A DNA stretch of 64,000 bases from Macrostomum lignano (lineage: Eukaryota), in the NCBI GenBank assembly GCA_002269645.1, contig NIVC01000201.1:372001-436000 (forward strand), given 5' to 3'. Shown piece by piece: positions 23,757 to 34,900 of the stretch. The stretch's first letter is position 1. Each line of letters starts with the position of its first letter. The translations under genes were made by a program, and so were the position numbers. The notes under the pieces were generated by a model. That model made no database searches, was not told the DNA's origin, and was given only the letters and a program-made list of their open reading frames with translations.

Positions 23757-24605
23757 GACTGCTTAGCTGATAAGGAAGGAGTGCACAATGGGGTGGCTGG
23801 GGCTGCTTAGCTGATAAGGAAGGAGTGCACAATGGGGTGGCTGGGCCTGCTTAGCTGATAAGGAAGGAGTGAACAATGGGGTGGCTGGGCCTGCTTAGCT
23901 GATAAGGAAGGAGTGCACAATGGGGTGGCTGGGCCTGCTTAGCTGATAAGGAAGGAGTGCACAATGGGGTGGCTGGGGCTGCTTGGGTTGGCTGATAAGG
24001 AGGGAGTGCACAATGGGGTGGCTGGGGCTGCTTGGGTTGGCTGATAAGGAAGGAGTGCACAATGTGGTGGCTGGGGCTGCTTGGGTTGGCTGATAAGGAA
24101 GGAGTGCACAATGGGGTGGCTGGGGCTGCTTGGGTTGGCTGATAAGGAAGGAGTGCACAATGGGGTGGCTGGGGCTGCTTAGCTGATAAGGAAGGAGTGC
24201 ACAATGGGGTGGCTGGGGCTGCTTGGGTTGGCTGATAAGGAGGGAGTGCACAATGTGGTGGCTGGGGCTGCTTGGGTTGGCTGATAAGGAAGGAGTGCAC
24301 AATGGGGTGGCAGGGGCTGCTTAGCTGATAAGGAAGGAGTGCACAATGGGGTGGCTGGGGCTGCTTGGGTTGGCTGATAAGGAGGGAGTGCACAATGGGG
24401 TGGCTGGGGCTGCTTGGGTTGGCTGATAAGGAGGGAGTGCACAATGTGGTGGCTGGGGCTGCTTGGGTTGGCTGATAAGGAAGGAGTGCACAATGGGGTG
24501 GCAGGGGCTGCTTAGCTGATAAGGAAGGAGTGCACAATGGAGTGGCTGGGGCTGCTTGGGTTGGCTGATAAGGAAGGAGTGCACAATGGGGTGGCTGGGG
24601 CTGCA
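23757..24605. repeat. Minisatellite, 44-50-bp unit, about 18 copies, between the SELENON stop and its SECIS
   Basis: Direct inspection (GCTGATAAGGAAGGAGTGCACAATGGGGTGGCTGGG core). Confidence 0.95.
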
Positions 24606-24874
24606 CAACTGAGTTGAGTAAAATGATCAGTTAAATTCTAAGAATTCTATATCCAAACTAAGCGCACGGAAGTTACAAAGTTTGGACACTTTCTTGGACG
24701 TATCTTTAATTGTAAAAAATGAGTTTCATAGTCATATACCAGAGTAGCGTAGGGTGCAAGTAGGCACAAAAGCCATTTTGGCTGCAAATAGTTCGGTAAA
24801 AAGTGTCATCGGATAGAATGAGAGCATCGGAAAGAATAAAAATGAAGATAGATAAGCAGCTGTCGAGTTTCCTT

Positions 24875-27800
24875 CTATTTTTTGTCCGCAATGGCTAAGC
24901 CGTCTTCCAGGAACTTCAAGTAGGCCTCGCCGTGAGCCTCCTCGACTCTGCAAGCAGTTTTGGATTGAAGACTCTCTTAGTTAACACTCTCAGACCCTTC
25001 AGCAGGGCATCAGCTACCTGATCTCAGATCCTTCAGCAGTCTACCTGATCTCAGATCCTCCAGCAGGCTACCTGATCTCAGATCCTCCAGCAGGCTACCT
25101 GATCTCAGATCCTCCAGCAGGCTACCTGATCTCAGATCCTCCAGCAGGCTACCTGATCTCAGATCCTCCAGCAGGCTACCTGATCGCAGATCCTTCAGCA
25201 GGCTACCTGATCTCAGATCCTCCAGCAGGCTACCTGATCTCAGATCCTCCAGCAGGCTACCTGATCGCAGATCCTTCAGCAGGCTACCTGATCTCAGATC
25301 CTCCAGCAGGCTACCTGATCTCAGTCTTTAGCAGGCCACCAGCTCTGATCTCAGATCTTTTGATCCTAATTACTTCAGGGAAAATGACACAGCTACTCAC
25401 GAGAAGTTGCTGGTGATTTTCTTATCCGCAGAATCCAGCATAGCGTTGGCGTAGAGGCTGTGCACCACAGTCCCGTTGCCGTCGCTGATGAGGGATGTCA
25501 CGGGGAAACTGTAGGCCTCCAAAGTCCTGGTCGACACCTGCGCTAGCCAAGGATCTTGATCCTTCTCCTGCTGCCACTTCTGCAGGTCGATAATCAGCAC
25601 CCAGGTGCTCACAAATCGACGCTCCAGCAGCGACTGGACGGCCGGGTTCTCCAGCGCGGTCTTGCGGAGAACCCGGCCGGAGCCTCAGCAGCTCTGGTCG
25701 TCCAGGGAGCCCCAGAGCACCACCGAGTGCACCAGCCGGGGGCTTCCCTTGCCGTCGTCCGCGTCGGACTTGGCGGCGAGCTTCGCCCGGCGAAAGGCCT
25801 CCGGGAAGGGTAGGTAGGGCACCCGCTTGAACGGGTACAGCTCCACTTCCAGCAGGCTGAAGGCGCGGTCGAAACTCATCGGCTGTTCTGAGGGCTTCGC
25901 CACTGCCGCCAGCTGATGGTCATATCGACCTGCGGGATGGCCACAATCTCCTTACCGCTCCGATCCTCTCCTTCCGCTCCCGGTCTTTTCTTCTTCCGCC
26001 CCCGATCCTCTCTCGTTCCGCCCCCGGTCTTTTCTTCTTCCGCCCCCGATCTTCTCTCCTTCCGGCCCCGATCCTCTCTTCTTCCGCCCCGATCCTCTCT
26101 CCTTCCGCCCCGGTCTTTTCTTCTTCCGCCCCCGATCCTCTCTCCTTCCGCCTCCGATCTTCTCTCCTTCCGCCCCCGATCTTCTCTCCTTCCGCCTCCG
26201 ATCTTCTCTCCTTCTGCCCTCATCCTCTCCTTCCGCCCCCGATCCTTATTTCATCCGTCCCGGATCCTCTCTCCTTCCGCCCCCTATCTATCCTTCTTCC
26301 GCCCCCAATCCTCAATCGTTCCGCCCCGCATCTTTTATGTATCCGCTTCCATGCTCTCCTCTCCCTCGCTGTTCCCCTAGCATTTCCCCCCAGCATACCA
26401 ACAGCCTCGGGCTTCAGCTTGCACGCATTCTCCGTGCACAGTCGCATACTACTCGAGTAGCCAATATCGACTTCGACAAGCAGTTCATCTGGCGCGCCGG
26501 ACATCCCGGCCTGCACCCACTCCATGTCGACGTTGAGATTCTTGTCGGCGGGCAGGTCCATGTCCAGCAGCAGCAGGCGGGAGAAATCGGCCGAGAACAC
26601 GGCGTGCCCGAACCAGAAGCTGGGCGTGAACCAGAACGGATAGGCTGGGGGGCGGGCCAGCTGGAACTCGCCGTGCAGTCGGAAGGCCACCTCGACGTGG
26701 TCGGGCCCAACCGAGCGCACCAAAGCGACGCTGCTGTGCGGCGGGTGACGCGTGGAGGCGAAGGCACCAGGGTGGAAGGCGGATAGCAGGGCGCTGATGG
26801 CGCGGGCTCCGGGCGAGTCCGAGTAGCTGGGCGGCAGGTAGCGGTTCATCGAGTGCGCCGTCTCGTAGTCGAACTCGTCGCGAATCCCGACGCCCGACTG
26901 ACTGTCGTCTAGCGGCCGGCGGGTGACGTAATAGGGCCGCCCGATGGACTGGTTGGCTGGCGGGCGGAGCCCCGCGATGATCAGCGACTCGGGCAGGTCC
27001 AGGGGACAGCGATGGGGCCGAGTCCAGTTGAACAGGGCGTTCAGGTAGTGCAGGTTGGTGCCCCTCTCCTGGGTTGGCGGCGAGACGGGGAAGGGTTGAT
27101 ACAGGTGAGATATACTCGTAATTAATGCAACCGGTGCAATGGGGTGGTAGGGTGGCGGCATCTTAATTGCAGAGTGGGTGGCGGCATCTTAATTGCAGAG
27201 TGGGTGGCGGCATCTTAATTGCAGAGTGGGGTGGCGGCATCTTAATTGCAGAGTGGGGTGGCGGCATCTTAATTGCAGAGTGGGGTGGCGGCATCTTAAT
27301 TGCAGAGTGGGTGGCGGCATCTTAATTGCAGAGTGGGGTGGCGGCATCTTAATTGCAGAGTGGGGTGGCGGCATCTTAATTGCAGAGTGGGGTGGCGGCA
27401 TCTTAATTGCAGAGTGGGGTGGCGGCATCTTAATTGCAGAGTGGGTGGCGGCATCTTAATTGCAGAGTGGGGTGGCGGCATCTTAATTGCAGAGTGGGGT
27501 GGCGGCATCTTAATTGCAGAGTGGGTGGCGGCATCTTAATTGCAGAGTGGGTGGCGGCATCTTAATTGCAGAGTGGGTGGCGGCATCTTAATTGCAGAGT
27601 GGGGTGGCGGCATCTTAATTGCAGAGTGGGGTGGCGGCATCTTAATTGCAGAGTGGGTGGCGGCATCTTAATTGCAGAGTGGGTGGCGGCATCTTAATTG
27701 CAGAGTGGGTGGCGGCATCTTAATTGCAGAGTGGGTGGCGGCATCTTAATTGCAGAGTGGGTGGCGGCATCTTAATTGCAGAGTGGGTGGCGGGTCAGAG

Positions 27801-29786
27801 AGTTAAATAAACCAGTTTGCCGGTACAAACCGCGGACAAATCCTTAGTGATTGTGTCCAGGTGAAGCGGATCGAATTCGCAGTACAGGCGAGTCATTCGC
27901 TCTTCTTTGTTGGCCCCGCCGCCTTCGAGCGCGCGATAGCTGGTCGCCATCGGCGGGTTGAAATCCTGCAAAGTACAACGGGTAAAGGTGCATGCATATT
28001 TATTAAGGCTTTGCCAGGTGTTAGTAAAGGCCAGCTAATTATCCCACCTTGACAGGTCCAAGCCGGTCCATCAGCTTCCCAAACTCAGCGGGATCCAGGT
28101 AGTCATCGTCTTCGGAGTCCACGGTGCGGAACAGGCGGAAGAAGGACTCGCCGATGTAGCCAATCACCGCTTCCGAGCTCATCGGCATGCTGACCGGCTT
28201 GCGGCCGGCCAGATCGTCCGAGGGCACATCCAGGCCTTTGCTGGAATGTTGGGATTGAGTGAGCTGCGCAACTCCACTTAACACCTGCACTATATTGGAG
28301 ATGCCGAAGACCTGATTAGACAAGCTAAGAGTTGATTGCACACCTTAAATACCTGTTTGAAACCCTCGAAAAACCTATGAAACACCCACAGAACCAAATC
28401 GGACACCCATAAACCCTGATTGTACACCCATAAACCCCGATTGTAGACCCATAAACCCCGATTGTACACCCATAAAACCCGATAGGACACCCATAAACCC
28501 AATTGGACACCCATAAAACCCGACTGGACACCCATAAAACCCGACTGGACACCCATAAACCCTATCGGACACCCATAAAACCCGACTGGACACCCATAAA
28601 CCCTATCGGACACCCATAAAACCCGACTGGACACCCATAAACCCTATCGGACACCCATAAAACCCGACTGGACACCCATAAACCCTATCGGACACCCATA
28701 AAACCCGATTGGACACTCATAAACCAGCCTGGACACCCATAAACCCCGATTGGAAACCCATAAAACCCGACTGGACACCCATAAAACCCGACTGGACACC
28801 CATAAACCCGATCGGACACCCATAAAACCCGACTGGACACCCATAAACCCGATCGGACACCCATAAAACCCGATTGGACACCCATAAAACCCGACTGGAC
28901 ACCCATAAAACCAGATTGGACACCCATAAAACCAGATTGGACACCCATAAAACCCGATTGGACACCCATAAACCCCGATTGGACACCCATAAACCCAATT
29001 GGACACCCATAAAACCCGACTGGACACCCATAAACCCGATTGGACACCCATAAACCAGACTGGACACCTATAAATCCCGATTGGACACCAATAAAACCCG
29101 ACTGGACACCCATAAAACCCCGATTGGACACCCATAAACCCCGACTGGACACCCATAAAACCCCGATAGGACACCCATAAAACCCGACTGGACACCCATA
29201 AAACCCGACTGGACACCCATAAAACCAGATTGGACACCCATAAAACCCGACTGGACACCCATAAAACCCGACTGGACACCCATAAACCCGATCGGACACC
29301 CATAAACCCTATCGGACACCCATAAAACCCGATAGGACACCCATAAAACCAGACTGGACACCCATAAAACCCGATTGGATACCCATAAAACCAGACTGGA
29401 CACCCATAAAACCCGACTGGACACCCATAAAACCCGACTGGACACCCATAAAACCCGACTGGACACTCTGCTCAAGCAAATAAACTTTGACGATTTAGCT
29501 TGGCACTGGTTAGTACGAACCGGTTAAGCACCATCTCTAGATTCGGGTCGCCAACACCCAGCCGTTCCGCGATCCCAAATCCCAGCACCAGTCGTTTGAA
29601 ATTAACGTAGGCCTTGGCCTGCAGCGCCGGTCGCTGGTAGAGAGACGCCAACGCCAGCGCAGTGAAGAGAACGGCCACAGCCGAGGTGATGTACAGAGTT
29701 CGGGGCTTGAATCTGAACACCAGGTGCCGACGGTTAAGCGACACCGACGGCAACGACAGAGGAGGCCCGGCGTCAACCGACGCCAT
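24875..29786 (-). CDS. SELENON: Selenoprotein N (6 exons, about 641 aa, Sec at about residue 523)
   Basis: Exons 29786-29532, 28311-28048, 27965-27831, 27068-26399, 25929-25401, 24947-24875, all GT-AG with consistent phases (exon-1 donor is the weakest). N-terminal TM, EF-hand [87 protein letters not shown] all match SelN as I recall it. Confidence 0.95.
25000..25350. repeat. Intronic minisatellite (SELENON intron 5), 27-bp unit, about 12 copies
   Basis: GCAGGCTACCTGATCTCAGATCCTCCA repeats. Confidence 0.95.
25639..25679 (-). promoter_or_regulatory. Sec redefinition element (SRE)-like hairpin downstream of the Sec UGA
   Basis: Minus strand: UGA(25687-25685) GGCUC CGGCCGGGUUCUCC-[13-nt loop]-GGAGAACCCGGCCG; perfect 14-bp stem starting 5 nt after the UGA. 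Confidence 0.8.
25960..26335. repeat. Intronic strand-asymmetric degenerate minisatellite (about 21 bp; SELENON intron 4)
   Basis: TCCGCCCCCGATCCTCTCTCCT-like repeats; purine-rich on the coding strand. Confidence 0.9.
27140..27792. repeat. Intronic minisatellite (SELENON intron 3), 26/27-bp unit, about 24 copies
   Basis: GGTGGCGGCATCTTAATTGCAGAGTG(G) repeats. Confidence 0.95.
28375..29466. repeat. Intronic minisatellite (SELENON intron 1), 20-22-bp unit, about 50 copies
   Basis: GGACACCCATAAAACCCGACT repeats. Confidence 0.95.
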
Positions 29787-30348
29787 TGTCTTCTTTGATA
29801 CAAATTAGTTGACGCAATGAGTGGGCTTGTGCGTGTTTAGTGCACTTCACTGAAACGGGAAACATGTTTATTGAAAATATTTTAAATAGAGAAGTAAACA
29901 CAGAACAAAGAACTAAGCGAAAATTCCAAGAGCCAGTAGGAAAATATCAATAGGATTATTAGCTAGTTTTTTTATTAAAAAGCCACAAGCACGTCAAACT
30001 ACGGTAGGCTTAGGTTTCGCGGTCGCAACTTGTACTTTCGTGTTTGTGCACCATCAGACGAATAGTCTCATTATTGCTTCACAGTCCAACAGAGCTATGT
30101 ACAGAGTTCTAAAAATAGATCCTGGACCAAGGGTAGCTAAAACGCTTAACTTTCTATTAATGTACGCAGGCAGGGAGAGAGGAAAACGATAGGCGGAAAA
30201 CCAAATGTACATTGGCTAGAATAACTCTTACCCCGCCCTACACCCCTCAGACCTGTACATTCTTTCTAACAATAAAATTAGAGTGGGCCAGCGAGAGGGG
30301 CCATAAAAATTGGAAAAGTATTCAGGCGTAAAATCAAGCCAGCCAGCC

Positions 30349-31665
30349 ATGCAGAACCCACCCAACCCCAGCATACGCATCGACGGACCAGCAGCGGGCG
30401 AAGACGAGAACAACAACGAGATTGTCTCGGCATTCGCCGCCGCGGCCTCTCCAGTCTGGCGGCAGGAGGCGCGCAGCCTCTGTCGCGAGTACATCGGCCA
30501 TCGACTGTACCGCGCCGGCTGCATGACCCCCAGCCTGCTGTACAGCCTGCCGCCAAATGCTGGCTCCCAGACTAGCCAGCGCCTGCGGCGTCTCTGCCAC
30601 AGACTGGAGCTGCTGCACCCAGCTGTGTTCGCTCAACCGCTGACTGGCCAGCTGGGCCTCACCCTGCTGCCTACCAACGGCGTCACCGACGCTGTCGCTA
30701 TGGCAACGATTCGCCGAGCGTATCGCAAGTTTGCCAGACGCCTGTTAAGCATGCCGCCAGACTGTGACTGGGACTGGGGCAGGCCGGTGGCGCTGTTCTG
30801 CATGGCTGGAGCATTCGCTGTGGATTATGCGAGTGCAAGGATGCAGCTCAGGCTGCTGGGAGGCCGCTCCTGCGAGCAGGCTATTGAATCTCTGGCCGAG
30901 TGCCTGTCCGAGTGCCTGGCAGAGTGCGCAGTAGAGTGCTCGGAGCTGTTTGACTGGCTGACCGAACGAGGCGGTTGGGTCTTTGTGAGAACTGGATGAC
31001 GTTTGTGTTGGAACTCATTGTTCGTGTGGAGTGGTCCATGTAGCATCAGGGAGGGTAGGAAGCAATGGACCACTGAAGCATCAGGGAGGGTAGCAAGCAA
31101 TGGACCACTGTAGCATCAGGGAGGGTAGCAAACAATGGACCACTGAAGCATCAGAAAGGGTAGAAAGCAATGGACCACTGAAGCATCAGGGAGGGTAGCA
31201 AGCAATGGACCACTGAAGCATCAGGGAGGGTAGCAAGCAATGGTTCACTAAAGCATCAGGGAGGGTAGCAAGCAATGGACCACTGAATCATCAGGGAGGG
31301 TAGCAAGCAATGGGCCACTGAAGCATCAGGGAGGGTAGAAAGCAATGGACCACTGAATCATCAGGGAGGGTAGCAAGCAATGGGCCACTGAAGCATCAGG
31401 GAGGGTAGAAAGCAATGGACCACTGAAGCATCAGGCAGGGTAGCAAGCAATGGGCCACTGAAGCATCAGGGAGGGTAGCAAGCAGTGACCCACAAAATGA
31501 CTGCCGACAAAATACCTAACGAGTTAACCTCGCATCTTTCAGCCCGACCCGGAGACCTCAGCGTTTGCAAACAGAAGCGGCCAACACGATGGCGCAACTG
31601 TTTGGCAGAAAATACTCGCCCGTTGCGTGCAATACTACTATCAGCTGCTTGGGCGCTGTGCGTGA
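30349..31665 (+). CDS. BOK: Bcl-2 family protein, BOK-like (2 exons)
   Basis: Exon 1 30349-30984: BH4-like CREYIGHRLYRAG, BH3-like LRRLCHRLELLHP, BH1 WDWGRPVALFCMAGAFAVD, BH2 WLTERGGW. Donor TTT|GTGAGA, branch-like CTAAC and acceptor CTTTCAG|31543, stop 31663-31665. The second exon assignment is less sure than the first. Confidence 0.75.
31035..31485. repeat. Intronic minisatellite (BOK), 35-bp unit, about 13 copies
   Basis: AGCATCAGGGAGGGTAGCAAGCAATGGACCACTGA repeats. Confidence 0.95.
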
Positions 31666-32174
31666 TATTGTGCCAAAAAACATGCTGAATGTCGAACTGC
31701 TTTTCCTGACTACTTTTGTGAATTTTAAACCTTCATGCACTAAATAAATTAACGAAAGCATAACTTTCTGTTCCTCGTAAACAAAAAAGCCGATGGTGCA
31801 ATTTATTAATAATTGGAATAGGCAATGGGAGTGAAGTGTAAGTGCAACAAAGTTGAGAAATGTGTGAAACAAAATAACATAGTGGGAATGAGCAATGCAA
31901 GGGATATGCATGACGACAATATTAATTGGAGATAAATATTTTTACACGTGTCTGTACACCTAACATGCGGTACTACGAGCAAAAACCGGATTCGCAACTA
32001 AAACTTCATGATTCGGTGGCAGCCAGATCTTTGTTTTCATCAAAAATACAATTCAGTTCAGACAATTTCGACTAGATACAGGCCGAAATGCCAGTAATGG
32101 TTGGTTATAAGCATTTTTGACTTAAGCTTTTCAAGTTTGGTTTCATTCAGCTTTCTAAACCTAATGAATATAAT

Positions 32175-32570
32175 GTACACAAGCCTATCCGCAGCCCTCT
32201 GATCCCAATGTACACACGCCTATCCGCAGCCCTCTAACCCCAATGTACACACGCCTATCCACAGCCCTCTAACCCCAATGTACACACGCCTATCTGCAGC
32301 CTTCTAACCCCAATGTACACACGCCTATCCGCAGATCTCTAACCCCAATGTACACACGCCTATCCGCAGATCTCTAACCCCAATGTACACACGCCTATCC
32401 GCAGATCTCTAGCCCCAATGTACACAGGTCTATCCACAGCCCTCTAACCCCAATGTACACACGCCTATCTGCAGCCTTCTAACCCCAATGTACACACGCC
32501 TATCCGCAGATCTCTAACCCCAATGTACACACGCCTATCCGCAGATCTCTAACCCCAATGTACACACGCA
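32175..32570. repeat. Minisatellite, 36-bp unit, about 11 copies
   Basis: CCCCAATGTACACACGCCTATCCGCAGATCTCTAAC repeats. Confidence 0.95.
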
Positions 32571-32721
32571 AGAGACAAAAAAATAGTCGAAGCACTATCC
32601 AATATAAATCTGCTGTAGATCAACTGGATCCTAAAAATTACAAACTGAATTGATTAAATAGTTATCATGATATGCCATCCCGAATAATAATATTTAATCA
32701 GCTCGAATTTCAGCTCCCGAG

Positions 32722-33852
32722 TCAATCGTCTTCATCCGAGTCCTCAAGCCCGTCCAGCTCGCCCTCCGGCATCCCCAGCTCGCGCCAGAGTCCGGCAATG
32801 ACGTTGGCCGCCAGCTCGCGCCTCTCGGCGCTGTGCACCGGCAGCTGGTCCGCCTGCGCCTTGGCGCGCATCACCCGAGTGAACAGCGACTCCAGCCGGC
32901 GCCCGTCCTCGTCGTCGTCGTAGACCCGATCGAGCAGCGCTTCGTCAACGATTGCCGCCGAGGCCGAGTTGGGTGCCGATTCGCTGATTGCGGAGGCCAC
33001 AGCAGCTGCTGCAGCTTCCGGTTCAACAATTGCATCTTCATCTTTGTCGAGATTTGCCTCAGCCGAAGCTTCCGCATCAGCTTCCGGCTCGCCACTGTTG
33101 GCTGTGTCGGCGGCGGCGGCGGCTTGCTCAGCCAGCAGCTGTTCACGAATCCGGCGCATGGACTCGGACTCCTGGCGCTCGCTGTCCGGCCGCATGACCA
33201 GATTCGGCCACGGGTGCGAGTGCAGCGCCTGCCGCATGCGCTCCAGGCCGCAGCGGTCCTCGTCTTCATCTTCCCCGTCGGAGTCTCCAGCCTCCCCGAC
33301 CCCGTTGCTCCTCTCGTCGGCCAGTTCGATCAGTTCGAACCCGTTGCTGACGCACCAGCCGACTGCTTCGTCCCGAGTCACCAAGCCGGCACTGTTGTTG
33401 CCATGGCTACGGTTGCTGGACCGATCGGAGGTCACCAGGAAGCGCACCTCCGGCTCCAGGTGCTCCAGGTAGGCCAGCCACGATTTGGCTACGTCAAAGC
33501 AGCGCCGCTGGCCGGGGCAAAAGTACAAACCGACAGCTTCGACAGCGTCGGCCAACTGCTGGCTGCCGAGCAGCGGCTCCGGCACCTGCAGAATCTCCAC
33601 CTCTGCCTCGTAGTACTTGTTGCTGAGGCGCCACGAGTACGCGCTGCACTGCCCAGCTGGCAGCCCGGTGTCGCAGCTCGGCGCTTCCAGAGCCGGCGGC
33701 GGCCCCGCCGGACTGCCGAGAAGGCCGCCAACGAGGCCCGGGTAGAGCGAGGCGGCCGGGTCGCTGCGGCCGGACTGGCAGCAGGCGGACAGCAGCAACA
33801 CCGGCCTGGCCGATGCGGCGGCGGGGCTGTCGGCGTCGGCGGCGTGCGACTG
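32722..33852 (-). CDS. AAGAB: Alpha- and gamma-adaptin-binding protein p34; no ATG in this exon, begins at a splice acceptor
   Basis: YSWRLSNKYYEAEV, EAVGWCVSNGFELIEL, GLERMRQALHSHPWPNLVMR and C-terminal LESLF...RRELAANV match AAGAB as I recall it. The frame begins at TTTGCAG|CAG with an in-frame stop upstream. Confidence 0.85.
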   Translation of the reverse strand, partial: QSHAADADSPAAASARPVLLLSACCQSGRSDPAASLYPGLVGGLLGSPAGPPPALEAPSCDTGLPAGQCSAYSWRLSNKYYEAEVEILQVPEPLLGSQQLADAVEAVGLYFCPGQRRCFDVAKSWLAYLEHLEPEVRFLVTSDRSSNRSHGNNSAGLVTRDEAVGWCVSNGFELIELADERSNGVGEAGDSDGEDEDEDRCGLERMRQALHSHPWPNLVMRPDSERQESESMRRIREQLLAEQAAAAADTANSGEPEADAEASAEANLDKDEDAIVEPEAAAAAVASAISESAPNSASAAIVDEALLDRVYDDDEDGRRLESLFTRVMRAKAQADQLPVHSAERRELAANVIAGLWRELGMPEGELDGLEDSDEDD

Positions 33853-34064
33853 CTGCAAAGTTTGCAGGAGTTCAAAATGCTCGAATCAACTTTCAACGCT
33901 TGAAGAAATTGATTTATTGCGTCCGTGTGACTGTCTATAATCGATCCGTATCAATTCCCAATCTCAGATCTCCGATTCCTTTGGCACTTGGTTTTGAAAA
34001 TATTAATCACAGATACTAAATCCCCTGGTACTTAATTCACAATACCCGAAAACCTGATCATTAA

Positions 34065-34900
34065 TCTCCCAATATTTTGAGACCCCTAATCTCCCATGCT
34101 CAGATCCCCAATCTCTCATTCTCAGATCTAAAATCTCCCAGTCTCAGATCCGAAATCACCTATTCTCAAATCTCTAATCAACATTTTCAGATTCTTAATC
34201 TCACAGTCTCAGATCTCTAATCCTCCATTCTCAGATCCCCAATCTCCCATTCTTAGATCCCCAATCTCACAGTCTCAGATCCCAATCTCCCATTCTCAGA
34301 CCCGAAATCTCTCATTGTCAGATCCCCATTCTCACAGTCACAGATCTCTAATCCTCCATTCTCAGATCCGAAATCTCACAGTCTCAGATCCCCAATCTCA
34401 CAGTCTCAGATCCCAATCTCCCATTCTCAGACCCGAAATCTCTCATTGTCAGATCCCCATTCTCACAGTCTCAGATCTCTAATCCTCCATTTTCAGATCC
34501 GAAATCTCCCATTCTCAGATCCCCAATCTCACAGTCTCAGATCCCTAATCTCCCATTCTCAAATCCCAAATCTCCCATTCTCAGATCCGAAATCTCTCAT
34601 TCTCAGATCCGAAATCTCCCATTCTCAAATCCCAAATCTCCCATTCTCAGATCCGAAATCTCTCATTCTCAGATCCGAAATCTCTCATTCTCAGATCCGA
34701 AATCTCCCATTTTTAAATCCCAAATCTCCCATTCTCAAATCCCAAATCTCCCATTCTCAGATCCGAAATCTCTCATTCTCAGATCCGAAATCTCCCATTT
34801 TCAAATCCCAAATCTCCCATTCTCAAATCCCAAATCTCCCATTCTCAGATCCGAAATCTCCCATTCTCAGATCCCTAATCTCCCATTCTCAGATCCTTGC
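34065..34900. repeat. Degenerate minisatellite, about 21-bp unit (AAATCTCCCATTCTCAGATCC)
   Basis: Direct inspection. Confidence 0.92.

Noticed and set aside
24770-24815. Proximal SECIS candidate (ATGA-N12-AA) just after the SELENON stop
   Set aside because: No complementary helix II or 3' GA partner; the element at 23165-23250 fits far better.
25485-25509. CTGATGA...GAAAC hammerhead-like core on the + strand
   Set aside because: No stem II pairing (GGGATGTCACGGG) and no stems I/III; it is antisense to a SELENON exon.
32175-32570. Telomere-like TAACCC motifs
   Set aside because: One hexamer per 36-bp unit, not tandem telomeric repeat.
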